27,383 nt of DNA from a virus (Duplodnaviria > Caudoviricetes), in the IMG/VR virus record IMGVR_UViG_3300022178_004253, positions 1-27,383 of that record. One strand, 5' to 3'. This document shows, piece by piece, positions 17,470 through 24,580 of the stretch. The stretch's first letter is position 1, and each line of letters begins with the position of its first letter. The position numbers were made by a program, and so were the translations under genes. The notes under the pieces are model-generated. The model ran no database searches, was not told where the DNA came from, and saw only the letters and a program-made list of their open reading frames with translations.

Positions 17470-18887
17470 TTCAGCAGGTTAAACGTTTGTTTAAAATCCT
17501 TCTCATTGGAAACCTTAAACAGGAACTTGTGCTGCCTCTTCCCAGCAGACTCCTGAAAAACTCCATGGGATTTACACTTACCTTTCAGCGTTCGCATCGT
17601 TCCCAGCTTGTTTCCGTTCAGCCCACAGAAGTAGTTGTATGCGCCGAACAGATCCGATTGATGAATCCATTTTGAGTGCTCGTCCTCCTGGCCCTTCTTT
17701 ATGATCTCAACACCTGCGCTCCCCAAGAAGGAAAGGAAGGTGTCTCCATCGTAACGAAGGTCGTCCAGGGCTTGAGCCAAAGAGTCTGGCCTGACCATGC
17801 GACCGTGATTGTTTTGCATCTCAATCAGACAGGCCACCATGTCTAACACCATCTCTCGCTGTTCATTTGGTGACGCTAGCTTCAGCCCAATAAAAGGGTC
17901 TCTGTTCCGCTCCTCCACGGGGTTGTTAAACTGGATGATATCGATCCGTCGGCTAATCCCTGAGTCTCCAAGGGCGTGTGTAAAACCAATCTCGTTAGAA
18001 GCAACGATCAGCGAGGCCCTCGGTACAAAGTATTCAACCTCCTTGTACAATCGACGCCCGCTTATTTCCTCCTTAGAAACGATCTGTTTCAACACGTCCT
18101 TGTTGCCAAGGTTTCCTGATGCGTCACCGCAGATGCAAAGGATGTGGTTAGCCAGGTCGATCCTGTATCGGCTCTCGTCCTTGGTTAGGTTCCTTAAATC
18201 ATCTACCCGGCACGCATTCTGTTTCCCTATTGCCGCAACCACTGCGTCAATAAGTGTAGATTTACCGCTTGCTCCGACACCCATAAGCAGCAACATTCTC
18301 TGTGCGTGCATAGGGTCTCCTGCGATGGCGTTAATGAAAGAAGAAAGCACATACCTCCTCATCTCCTCGTTAGGAATGATTTGGTTAATAAACTTACTCC
18401 AGACAATAGAGCTCTCTCGGTCTCCATGGTAATTGAAGGGAAGGCAGTATGTGAATACCGACCTGTGATCATGCCCCTCCAAAAACTCAAGAGACGTTTG
18501 CGATATCATTAATCGCCCGTCTCGGAAGTTCAAGCCTCTTGGATTCATGTCTAGATCCACTCCGTACCGATCGATACAGGCGCTTAAAGACTTCTCCGTT
18601 GCTCTTAATACATCCGGGTCAATAGCAAACGATATAGGAAGGTTAAGCCTGTTCAGGGCTGCTTCCATTATGTCGTACATCTTTCCAGCCTCATAATATC
18701 TCCCATTGAACAGATGCACAACCTGCCCTAACATAAGCACGGGCGTTCTTGCCTCGTTTGCTGCCCAGTTTATGACGGCTGCCAACGACGAAGGCATAGC
18801 TTTCTGAGGGATCTTCTTGTCCTCTCCAACTAAATGAACCCTCGTGTCGTCGGTCATCGATTCAATATTTGATATTACTTTTTCCAT
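17466..18887 (-). CDS. D5/P4-like superfamily 3 helicase
   Basis: D5_N-like LNFRDGRL...TYCLPFNY, Walker A GVGASGKST, motif C LIVASN, SRR arginine finger, C-terminal winged-helix-like region. Confidence 0.82.
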   Translation of the reverse strand: MEKVISNIESMTDDTRVHLVGEDKKIPQKAMPSSLAAVINWAANEARTPVLMLGQVVHLFNGRYYEAGKMYDIMEAALNRLNLPISFAIDPDVLRATEKSLSACIDRYGVDLDMNPRGLNFRDGRLMISQTSLEFLEGHDHRSVFTYCLPFNYHGDRESSIVWSKFINQIIPNEEMRRYVLSSFINAIAGDPMHAQRMLLLMGVGASGKSTLIDAVVAAIGKQNACRVDDLRNLTKDESRYRIDLANHILCICGDASGNLGNKDVLKQIVSKEEISGRRLYKEVEYFVPRASLIVASNEIGFTHALGDSGISRRIDIIQFNNPVEERNRDPFIGLKLASPNEQREMVLDMVACLIEMQNNHGRMVRPDSLAQALDDLRYDGDTFLSFLGSAGVEIIKKGQEDEHSKWIHQSDLFGAYNYFCGLNGNKLGTMRTLKGKCKSHGVFQESAGKRQHKFLFKVSNEKDFKQTFNLLK

Positions 18888-19230
18888 TCATAGAGTCAAT
18901 TTTATCCTCTAGTGCGGACAGGCGTTCAAAGATTACCGATAACGTAAGGCTCAAGGTTTCTTCAGGAACCACTTCCTCACCTACCTCTAAGAAGGAGAGA
19001 ACATCAGACTTCACGTCCATCGATCCGTCTTCCGAAAAGGTTAGCTCGGTTCCGCAGACGTCGGTTCCAAAGTCAGAAACCGTGTCTTCCAGGATACTCC
19101 ACAGAAGGTCCGCTTTATCTGTCTCTAAATCGAGACAAGAGTCCGCCCTGTTGCCAAGGACCTCCAGGAAGTCCTTTAGCAACAAGTAGGCGTAAGCTCT
19201 TGCGTTTAAGTTAGCTTCTGGCTTCGGCAT
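18862..19230 (-). CDS. Acidic hypothetical protein
   Basis: ORF in the coupled chain, on the operon strand. Confidence 0.6.
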   Translation of the reverse strand: MPKPEANLNARAYAYLLLKDFLEVLGNRADSCLDLETDKADLLWSILEDTVSDFGTDVCGTELTFSEDGSMDVKSDVLSFLEVGEEVVPEETLSLTLSVIFERLSALEDKIDSMNGKSNIKY

Positions 19231-19562
19231 CAGAACGGCATGTCGTTTACTTTCTGCTCAGAGGCTTTGGCTGGCCCTCCACTGTCCTTTGTTCCTTCGT
19301 TGGACTGTCCGTCCATACATTGGTAGGCGTTACCGTTTCCTAGTATCGGAGTCTTAGGGTAGTCTCCTCCTGAAGCCTTGACCTCATCGCGGACGGCCTT
19401 TGGAAGACCCTGGCTGATAAAATAGTCATTGCCATACTGGTTGTCAGGAGTGTTTACAAACTTGATGTCCACATAACGTGCGCCATCTTTTCCTTTAACG
19501 ACGTACTTTTCGTCGATCTTGTTCAGGTCTATTGATCCTGTTAAATTCTTAGGGATTGTCAT
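19230..19562 (-). CDS. Putative single-stranded DNA-binding protein
   Basis: SIDLNKID...DNQYGNDYFISQ...PILGN core and a flexible tail ending DMPF, like SSB C-terminal tips. Confidence 0.6.
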   Translation of the reverse strand: MTIPKNLTGSIDLNKIDEKYVVKGKDGARYVDIKFVNTPDNQYGNDYFISQGLPKAVRDEVKASGGDYPKTPILGNGNAYQCMDGQSNEGTKDSGGPAKASEQKVNDMPF

Positions 19563-19848
19563 TCTTTGATAAATTTTCGATAAATAATCTGATCTGCTTT
19601 TGTGAGGGGTTCGGTATATTCGTGAAGTGTTGTTGGTTCATCTTGAGTCGAATGATCAGTTCTTCTAGCGACTCAGGAGTGAATTTGCCTTCAATGATAT
19701 CGTCTTCTATTATTCTTTCTTCATCTTGGTCTATTGTTGAGGTTCTTAATAATGCGAGCAGCCAGGTCTGAGTGCTCCAGTTTACGTTAGGTACGCCTTC
19801 TATGGGTGTATTGAGCAGGTCTTCTACCCAATCATATTCATCACTCAT
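19549..19848 (-). CDS. Hypothetical protein
   Basis: Start at MSDEYDW gives an 8-bp overlap with the upstream stop. Confidence 0.6.
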   Translation of the reverse strand: MSDEYDWVEDLLNTPIEGVPNVNWSTQTWLLALLRTSTIDQDEERIIEDDIIEGKFTPESLEELIIRLKMNQQHFTNIPNPSQKQIRLFIENLSKNDNP

Positions 19849-20248
19849 TAATCTCGTCTTCTCCAAAAACATTTAAAGTGTACATATCAGACATCTTGAG
19901 TATACATCTTGATAGTGCTCTTTTTTCCGCCATAGCGATCGGATAAGCTTGCGCTCCTCCTCTTGTGTTCTTGGGCGAGGACTCACCGAAGGTTTGAGTC
20001 ATCTTCGTTAGCGAATTGTCTTCTTTCTGTATATGTCCAATCGCCTTGACTACATACTTGTTGTCTTGCGGGCTACTGAACTCAGGCACCGTGTCAAAAT
20101 ACACAATGGCATTTAATCCGTTCTGTATCTTCTCAATACCCCTTCTTGTCACAACCACAAAGCCTTGTGGAGATTTCCAGAAGTCAGTCGCTTGAAGCTC
20201 GTAGCTCGCTGCCAACTTTTTAAACCTAGCTATTTCATCGTCTTTCAT
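19841..20248 (-). CDS. Putative ssDNA-annealing protein (Rad52/Redbeta-like core)
   Basis: VVTRRGIEKI...TFGESSPKN...YPIAMAEKRALSRCILK...VFGEDE resembles the annealase M-x-x-K-x-A-x-x-R...GxYxxEE signature; close to the SSB-like gene. Confidence 0.45.
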   Translation of the reverse strand: MKDDEIARFKKLAASYELQATDFWKSPQGFVVVTRRGIEKIQNGLNAIVYFDTVPEFSSPQDNKYVVKAIGHIQKEDNSLTKMTQTFGESSPKNTRGGAQAYPIAMAEKRALSRCILKMSDMYTLNVFGEDEINE

Positions 20249-20257
20249 TTTGTAAAT

Positions 20258-20443
20258 TTAATCGTTTTTGTTTAAAATCCTATAGTCGTTCCATATTTTT
20301 TTCCAGTCAGGTTCTTCCGGCATGACAAACGACTTGTTGTATCGCTTGCAAGCAAGAGCAGATAAGTAAAGAGTCACTGACACCGGACACGGGTAGTTTT
20401 TATTCCAACGGGGAGGGTGAGGCCAATGCTTAGGAGTCGCCAT
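20258..20443 (-). CDS. Hypothetical protein
   Basis: ORF in the coupled chain. Confidence 0.5.
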   Translation of the reverse strand: MATPKHWPHPPRWNKNYPCPVSVTLYLSALACKRYNKSFVMPEEPDWKKIWNDYRILNKND

Positions 20444-20708
20444 CGAGCATCTTCTTTAAGAAGACATTGTTGTTCCTCATTTCGGCATTGAGATCTTCTC
20501 TCAAATGCTTTATGGTTCTTGACTGCCAATCATTCTCCAGGATCAACAGCAAACCTAGTGAGGCAACCTCTCGTAGGTTCTCGTACTTCTGCTGACCAAT
20601 GCTCTCAGGCGTTGATTTGCTTACGAAGTCAGCCATCATCTCTAATCGTATCTTCAGCTTGTTTCTGGCTGCTAAAAACTTCAGCTCAGTTTCTTGGTCG
20701 TTTTCCAT
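20430..20708 (-). CDS. Hypothetical helical protein
   Basis: ORF in the coupled chain. Confidence 0.6.
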   Translation of the reverse strand: MENDQETELKFLAARNKLKIRLEMMADFVSKSTPESIGQQKYENLREVASLGLLLILENDWQSRTIKHLREDLNAEMRNNNVFLKKMLDGDS

Positions 20709-20809
20709 CTGTTCGTACTGTCTAGATTATGAATTCTCATCCGCTCTTCGTGAAGGTTCTTTGACCACTCATGAAAGTCAGTCGTTTTGTGGACATGAAC
20801 AGTCGACAT
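20681..20809 (-). CDS. Small hypothetical protein (42 aa, MSTVHVHKTTDFHEW...)
   Basis: Bridges the gap between DUF3310 and ORF 20430..20708; internal ATG chosen to minimise overlap. Confidence 0.4.
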   Translation of the reverse strand: MSTVHVHKTTDFHEWSKNLHEERMRIHNLDSTNRWKTTKKLS

Positions 20810-21122
20810 AATCTTGGGGGCATTCGGTACAGGTAGAGTGTAGCCAGTTTGTGACTTGCGAGGAATCGGATTCGTCAGCAAGTTCTTCAAGGTTTTGTAT
20901 AGCATCATTCGTTAGTTTTTCTACTTCAAGTTCAATCAGTATGTTAAGATAATGTTTTGCCTTCTTGAGGTCTTCTAGTCCGTTCTTAGCCTGATATCGG
21001 CTGACGTACTTTATGACATTGCCTTCCAGGTAGCCTATGTCGTTCTTGACAATGTATTCCAGTGGCTGGATCTCCATTGTTTTGTAGTGGTCACCGCCCA
21101 CTTGCCGTTTGTCCTTGCTCAT
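20778..21122 (-). CDS. DUF3310 (SaV/T7 gp1.7-like) protein with Cys-rich tail
   Basis: QVGGDHYK..IQP.EYI...EGNVIKYVSR...KNGLEDLKKA.HY; tail CTECPQDYVDCSC. Confidence 0.85.
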   Translation of the reverse strand: MSKDKRQVGGDHYKTMEIQPLEYIVKNDIGYLEGNVIKYVSRYQAKNGLEDLKKAKHYLNILIELEVEKLTNDAIQNLEELADESDSSQVTNWLHSTCTECPQDYVDCSCPQND

Positions 21123-21255
21123 TTGTCTTGGTAATTAACTGTTGGTAAAAATGCATCATGTCGTAGTTCTTGTCAAGCTCTGACAGCTCGTAGCAATGCT
21201 CGTAGTATTCTCTGATGCTGTTGCACGCCTTTGGGGGGTAGTTTGATTTATTCAT
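21091..21255 (-). CDS. Small hypothetical protein (54 aa, not in ORF track)
   Basis: Manual translation MNKSNYPPKACNSIREYYEHCYELSEL...; ATGA overlap with the upstream stop. Confidence 0.5.
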   Translation of the reverse strand: MNKSNYPPKACNSIREYYEHCYELSELDKNYDMMHFYQQLITKTNEQGQTASGR

Positions 21256-21542
21256 AGGTCATGTATTGTGCCGTCTGTGTCTATCTGATGTGTGGTTGTA
21301 AACATATTGTATCCTTTGTCAAACACTTCCTCAACAGTCACCATGATGCTGTTGTCTTCTTGGATCTCAAAGTGGAAGGTGTGATCCACAGGTGTTGCCT
21401 CTAGGTTGCCTTGAGAGTTAAGCTGGCACTTCATGCCGTGGTCAATTACTATCTCGTTAAAACCAATTGGATTAGCAAGAGCATGGTCATCCTTGATGAT
21501 GCTGATTGACTGCTCCTGGGCTTCTGTTATTTCATACTTCAT
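21252..21542 (-). CDS. Hypothetical protein
   Basis: ORF with leader CAAGACA-ATG. Confidence 0.6.
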   Translation of the reverse strand: MKYEITEAQEQSISIIKDDHALANPIGFNEIVIDHGMKCQLNSQGNLEATPVDHTFHFEIQEDNSIMVTVEEVFDKGYNMFTTTHQIDTDGTIHDL

Positions 21543-21672
21543 TGTCTTGAGGTTTGTCCAAAGATACGTTGATTACTGAATACGTCACATCTTTCTTGCT
21601 CACAACGATTGTTAAAATACCATCAACATTGTTCTTGGTTTCGATCGTAACTCCCTGTACTTCTGCTTTCAT
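21532..21672 (-). CDS. Small hypothetical protein (46 aa, not in ORF track)
   Basis: MKAEVQGVTIETKNNVDGILTIVVSKKDVTYSVINVSLDKPQDNEV*; A-rich leader. Confidence 0.55.
   Translation of the reverse strand: MKAEVQGVTIETKNNVDGILTIVVSKKDVTYSVINVSLDKPQDNEV
21559..21566 (-). promoter_or_regulatory. Candidate Bacteroidota sigma-A -7 element TATCTTTG
   Basis: Matches TAnnTTTG 16 nt upstream of ATG 21542, but lies inside a small ORF and no clear -33 element was seen. Confidence 0.35.
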
Positions 21673-21764
21673 ATTTTTTAGGTTGGTTGTATATTGTTTT
21701 TAGGTGTGGTACTTTTAGTCCAAACATTTTTGACATAAAGTACACGCTGTCTATAAGCTCTCTC

Positions 21765-21956
21765 TCAATTCTCATGGGTTAGGAATGAATGATTTGGGGC
21801 AATGTAGTTCTTGACCTTCTGCAATCCAAACTTTCCATAATGTTTCTCATGCATAGACTCCAGGTAATCTACCTCGTCTTGGTGTGCATGACCACGCTTG
21901 ACATGGATCTTGGCTATGTCAATGGCATGGAGTAGTTGTCGTTCTGTTAGCTTCAT
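21765..21956 (-). CDS. Hypothetical protein
   Basis: Start MKLTERQ overlaps the upstream stop (ATGA). Confidence 0.6.
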   Translation of the reverse strand: MKLTERQLLHAIDIAKIHVKRGHAHQDEVDYLESMHEKHYGKFGLQKVKNYIAPNHSFLTHEN

Positions 21957-22048
21957 TGTTCTGTTATTTCGCAATGCTCTCCGCATTGGCTACAAATTTG
22001 AATGTCTTCATTGCTTTCTGCTCCACAGCAGTCTGAAATTGTACTCAT
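21953..22048 (-). CDS. 31-aa Cys-rich (zinc-ribbon-like) microprotein, not in ORF track
   Basis: MSTISDCCGAESNEDIQICSQCGEHCEITEQ*; ATGA overlaps at both ends. Confidence 0.7.
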   Translation of the reverse strand: MSTISDCCGAESNEDIQICSQCGEHCEITEQ

Positions 22049-22188
22049 TGTTCTGTGTTTTTGTTAATTTCTCTTTGTTCTTTTCGTCTTATCGCTCTTG
22101 GTGATAGTTGCCTACCAACTTGCTCTGTGCCTCTCGAAACTACCCTCACTGTTGTTGTTTGTGAGTTTTTGTTTTTCTTCCTGCTCAT
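22045..22188 (-). CDS. 47-aa basic microprotein, not in ORF track
   Basis: MSRKKNKNSQTTTVRVVSRGTEQVGRQLSPRAIRRKEQREINKNTEQ*. Confidence 0.55.
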   Translation of the reverse strand: MSRKKNKNSQTTTVRVVSRGTEQVGRQLSPRAIRRKEQREINKNTEQ

Positions 22189-22464
22189 GTTCTTCGTTTT
22201 AGGTTTTATTTACCAAAAGACTCCCAATTAAAGTCGTCACGCATTGACCAAACAAAACAAGACACTTGTTCCCATACAAATTCGTATGCAGCGTCATCTT
22301 GGTCTGATTCAATTCCATCTTTTAGATGAACTCTTATCAACCTGTCCATCAGCTCGTTTGTCAAGTCGTCAGTCAGCATAAGAACCTTGTCCCTTTCTTC
22401 TTCTGAATGGTACGCATTCTTCATAATGGTTTGTAGCTTATTCATATTCGTCGTTTTAGGTTTT
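22186..22464. repeat. 22-bp direct repeat (22186-22207 / 22443-22464, 2 mismatches) flanking one gene
   Basis: catgttcttcgttttaggtttt versus catattcgtcgttttaggtttt. Confidence 0.8.
22206..22445 (-). CDS. Hypothetical protein
   Basis: ORF in the coupled chain. Confidence 0.6.
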   Translation of the reverse strand: MNKLQTIMKNAYHSEEERDKVLMLTDDLTNELMDRLIRVHLKDGIESDQDDAAYEFVWEQVSCFVWSMRDDFNWESFGK

Positions 22465-22726
22465 GATTAATAATACTGGAGGCTAGGTCGTAGTGGTCTT
22501 TGTATCCTCCCCAAGTTTCTATGTTGTTCTTGTGGTTGTTCCTGTGGTGGTTGACGCTTGATCGGTCAAGACCAAACAAGTTGCCAAGCCTTGTGTCTGT
22601 CCTGTATCTTGACATAGCAACCATGAGAGCGACTCTTGGCTGTAGGTGCTCGTGCCTTCTTGAAACTAGCTCCATAGGGACGTTTAACGCTTCGTAGTAG
22701 TCATCAATTATTTTTGCTTCACTCAT
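22442..22726 (-). CDS. DnaA C-terminal (domain IV)-like HTH DNA-binding protein
   Basis: SRRHEHLQPRVALMVAM...LGNLFGLDRSSVNH parallels the DnaA R...R..AM...IG..F..DHTTV.H pattern. Confidence 0.6.
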   Translation of the reverse strand: MSEAKIIDDYYEALNVPMELVSRRHEHLQPRVALMVAMSRYRTDTRLGNLFGLDRSSVNHHRNNHKNNIETWGGYKDHYDLASSIINQNLKRRI

Positions 22727-22958
22727 TGTCGTTTAGTTTAAGTTCGCCCTCGTCGAGCATGAAATCGATTGTTGTTGCTATACACTCCTGAATCATATTC
22801 ATTAAGTGTTCATTGTCTTCGAATGTCGCATTGAGTATTCGTTTGTAATCCTCTTGTGAGAATTCCATGCCATTGGCTTGAGCAAATATCTCAACGTCTT
22901 CTACGTTCCATTGTACCTCACTTCCAGTGTAGTATCCCTCTTCGTTTATGTTATTCAT
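22719..22958 (-). CDS. Acidic hypothetical protein
   Basis: Contains a W-x-x-E-D-V segment (VQWNVEDV); in the coupled chain. Confidence 0.6.
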   Translation of the reverse strand: MNNINEEGYYTGSEVQWNVEDVEIFAQANGMEFSQEDYKRILNATFEDNEHLMNMIQECIATTIDFMLDEGELKLNDNE

Positions 22959-23026
22959 TGTTCTAGGTATTCTATGTAATCAATCCATTCTAGTCCGTAT
23001 AGGTCTTGTAGTTCTTCGTTAGTCAT
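22955..23026 (-). CDS. 23-aa microprotein, not in ORF track
   Basis: MTNEELQDLYGLEWIDYIEYLEQ*; overlaps both neighbours. Confidence 0.45.
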   Translation of the reverse strand: MTNEELQDLYGLEWIDYIEYLEQ

Positions 23027-23232
23027 TGTGCATTTTTGTTTTGGCAAACTCTATGATGGTTTCATCGTATTCTAATTCGCTCCAATCGTAGTCATGAGGA
23101 TATAGTTTCATAAACTCTACTGCAATCTCATACGCTCGGTCAAAGGTTTGAAACAACGACCCTCCAAGGATATCCTCCTGGACAATCACCGCAGTAACCA
23201 TAGCAAGCTCTTTGCTTTCTTCGTTAGTCATT
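23012..23232. repeat. Perfect 16-bp direct repeat (23012-23027 / 23217-23232) flanking one gene
   Basis: ttcttcgttagtcatt twice (minus strand A-ATG-ACT-AAC-GAA-GAA). Confidence 0.85.
23019..23231 (-). CDS. Hypothetical protein
   Basis: Start MTNEESK gives an 8-bp overlap with the upstream stop. Confidence 0.6.
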   Translation of the reverse strand: MTNEESKELAMVTAVIVQEDILGGSLFQTFDRAYEIAVEFMKLYPHDYDWSELEYDETIIEFAKTKMHND

Positions 23233-23418
23233 TTCTCCATTTCCTTTGTCGTTTCCAATCACTTCTGATTCATTCCAACGACGCTTGATTTCGATGGGTA
23301 CGTGGTAGTAGTTTCCTGTTACGGGATCGCGCCACGTTTCTATTTCACCTGCATATGTTTCCTCTACGTATTCGAGGCGGTTAACTATTTCTTTTTTCAT
23401 GTGGTATTTCTTGTTCAT
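23224..23418 (-). CDS. Hypothetical protein
   Basis: ORF in the coupled chain; alternative start at 23400. Confidence 0.55.
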   Translation of the reverse strand: MNKKYHMKKEIVNRLEYVEETYAGEIETWRDPVTGNYYHVPIEIKRRWNESEVIGNDKGNGEND

Positions 23419-23660
23419 CGTTTGTTTGTATGGTATTGTTCTACTGCTTCACTGATAAGCTTTTCTGCCCATAACACGTACTCAGTATCTTGGGATGAGC
23501 CATCGATTTGAAACCCGCACTTGTTTAGGATGTTGCACATACTTTCTAGCGCATACATTCGTTCTGATATTTCCTCAAGGTCACGAGCCGCATCTTCTCC
23601 TAGTTCGCCCCAATATTCGCCTTCCTCTACGTGTTTTAGTAATCTCCGTATATTCTTCAT
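23415..23660 (-). CDS. Hypothetical protein
   Basis: ORF with leader GAACA-ATG. Confidence 0.6.
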   Translation of the reverse strand: MKNIRRLLKHVEEGEYWGELGEDAARDLEEISERMYALESMCNILNKCGFQIDGSSQDTEYVLWAEKLISEAVEQYHTNKR

Positions 23661-23663
23661 TGT

Positions 23664-23879
23664 TCAGATGTTTAGTAGTTTAAAGATTTCTGTTCTGATG
23701 TCGCTCATTCTTGAGTACAGGTACTCTCGCTCTTCTTCGCTTTCTACGTCAGCCATAGCTGCTGTGAACTCTGATTCAAAGGCGGAGAAGCAAGCGTTCG
23801 ATGCTTCGTACTCTATTGCGCTTACAGAGATGCTGTTTTGCATAGCTTCTTCTGCTTGGTGTTTTTGTTCGTTGGTCAT
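23664..23879 (-). CDS. Hypothetical acidic helical protein
   Basis: Start MTNEQKHQAE with ATGA overlap. Confidence 0.6.
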   Translation of the reverse strand: MTNEQKHQAEEAMQNSISVSAIEYEASNACFSAFESEFTAAMADVESEEEREYLYSRMSDIRTEIFKLLNI

Positions 23880-24156
23880 TTCTCGCTGTGGTTTATGGCG
23901 CATAAGCGCAGTTCGTGCATTTGTTGCTCTGTATTGGCTTTGAAGTCAAAGCGTTTCCATGATACTCCGTCGAAGGTAAAGTCATAGAGGTCTTCGTAGA
24001 GCGTGGTGTCATGAACCTCGATTACTACGAGTGCATCATCGGGGTATTCCGACATCAGGTCAATCAATTCTTTCTTCGTCATAGTCGTGATGTTTGTGAG
24101 TATCGTCGGTGTGGCATGGACATTCTCTCTGCTTGGTGTTTTTGTTCGTCGGTCAT
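23851..24156. repeat. 29-bp direct repeat (23851-23879 / 24128-24156, 1 mismatch)
   Basis: tctgcttggtgtttttgttcgt(t/c)ggtcat. Confidence 0.9.
23876..24082 (-). CDS. Hypothetical protein (MTKKELIDL..YPDDALV type)
   Basis: Common phage N-terminal pattern MT..EL...L..YP.D..V; start moved to 24082 (ATGA overlap). Confidence 0.65.
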   Translation of the reverse strand: MTKKELIDLMSEYPDDALVVIEVHDTTLYEDLYDFTFDGVSWKRFDFKANTEQQMHELRLCAINHSEK

Positions 24157-24162
24157 GTTCAT
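24079..24162 (-). CDS. 27-aa ORF or gene remnant, not in ORF track
   Basis: MNMTDEQKHQAERMSMPHRRYSQTSRL*; ATGA overlaps on both sides; N-terminus duplicates ORF 23664..23879. Confidence 0.4.
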   Translation of the reverse strand: MNMTDEQKHQAERMSMPHRRYSQTSRL

Positions 24163-24320
24163 GTGTTTGAGATTGTAAAGCCAAGGTCATCGGCGTAGTA
24201 GTCATACCCATACGCCTCTTGGAGTTCGTCTTTCTGATTGTATCGGTCATACACTACGCCCTCGTTGGTAAACGTGACGAGTATGTACTCACCGTTCGGG
24301 AGGTTGAGTTGTCGTGTCAT
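24159..24320 (-). CDS. Small hypothetical protein
   Basis: Start MTRQLNLPNG with leader AAAGAACAC-ATG. Confidence 0.6.
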   Translation of the reverse strand: MTRQLNLPNGEYILVTFTNEGVVYDRYNQKDELQEAYGYDYYADDLGFTISNT

Positions 24321-24327
24321 GTGTTCT

Positions 24328-24543
24328 TTAATCTTTCCAAGTTTCACATTCGTTATCGTCAAGGTCACACGCAGTGGTGATGTTGTCTAGATGAGTATGT
24401 ATTCTCACTCCGTAATCCGTAATGCCGTCCAAAGGTTTGCCATCTATAAGGTGTGACAAAACAATGTTCGCGTCCTCTATAACGTGTTTCATGCGCTTCT
24501 TGAGGGCTTCGGCTTGGCTGTTGTTCATGTGTTCTTTGTTCAT
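24328..24543 (-). CDS. Hypothetical protein
   Basis: Two in-frame starts (24543, 24528) with identical leaders. Confidence 0.6.
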   Translation of the reverse strand: MNKEHMNNSQAEALKKRMKHVIEDANIVLSHLIDGKPLDGITDYGVRIHTHLDNITTACDLDDNECETWKD

Positions 24544-24555
24544 GTGTTCTTTGTT
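24521..24555. repeat. 15-bp tandem repeat, 2.3 copies, covering a start codon
   Basis: tgttcatgtgttctt twice plus tgtt; partial third copy at 24568-24580. Confidence 0.85.
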
Positions 24556-24580
24556 TTTACAATATTAGTGTTCTTTGTTC

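Noticed and set aside
17809-18432. 207-aa + strand ORF and the other antisense ORFs in the track (e.g. 1324..1647, 5261..5650, 14674..14991, 23521..23943)
   Set aside because: They are shadows of well-supported genes on the opposite strand and show no recognisable motifs.
23876-24250. Longest-ORF starts in the track (24250, 26029, 26860, 27295, 23258, 10734, 11894)
   Set aside because: They overlap upstream genes extensively; downstream ATGs with stop/start coupling and the shared leader fit better.
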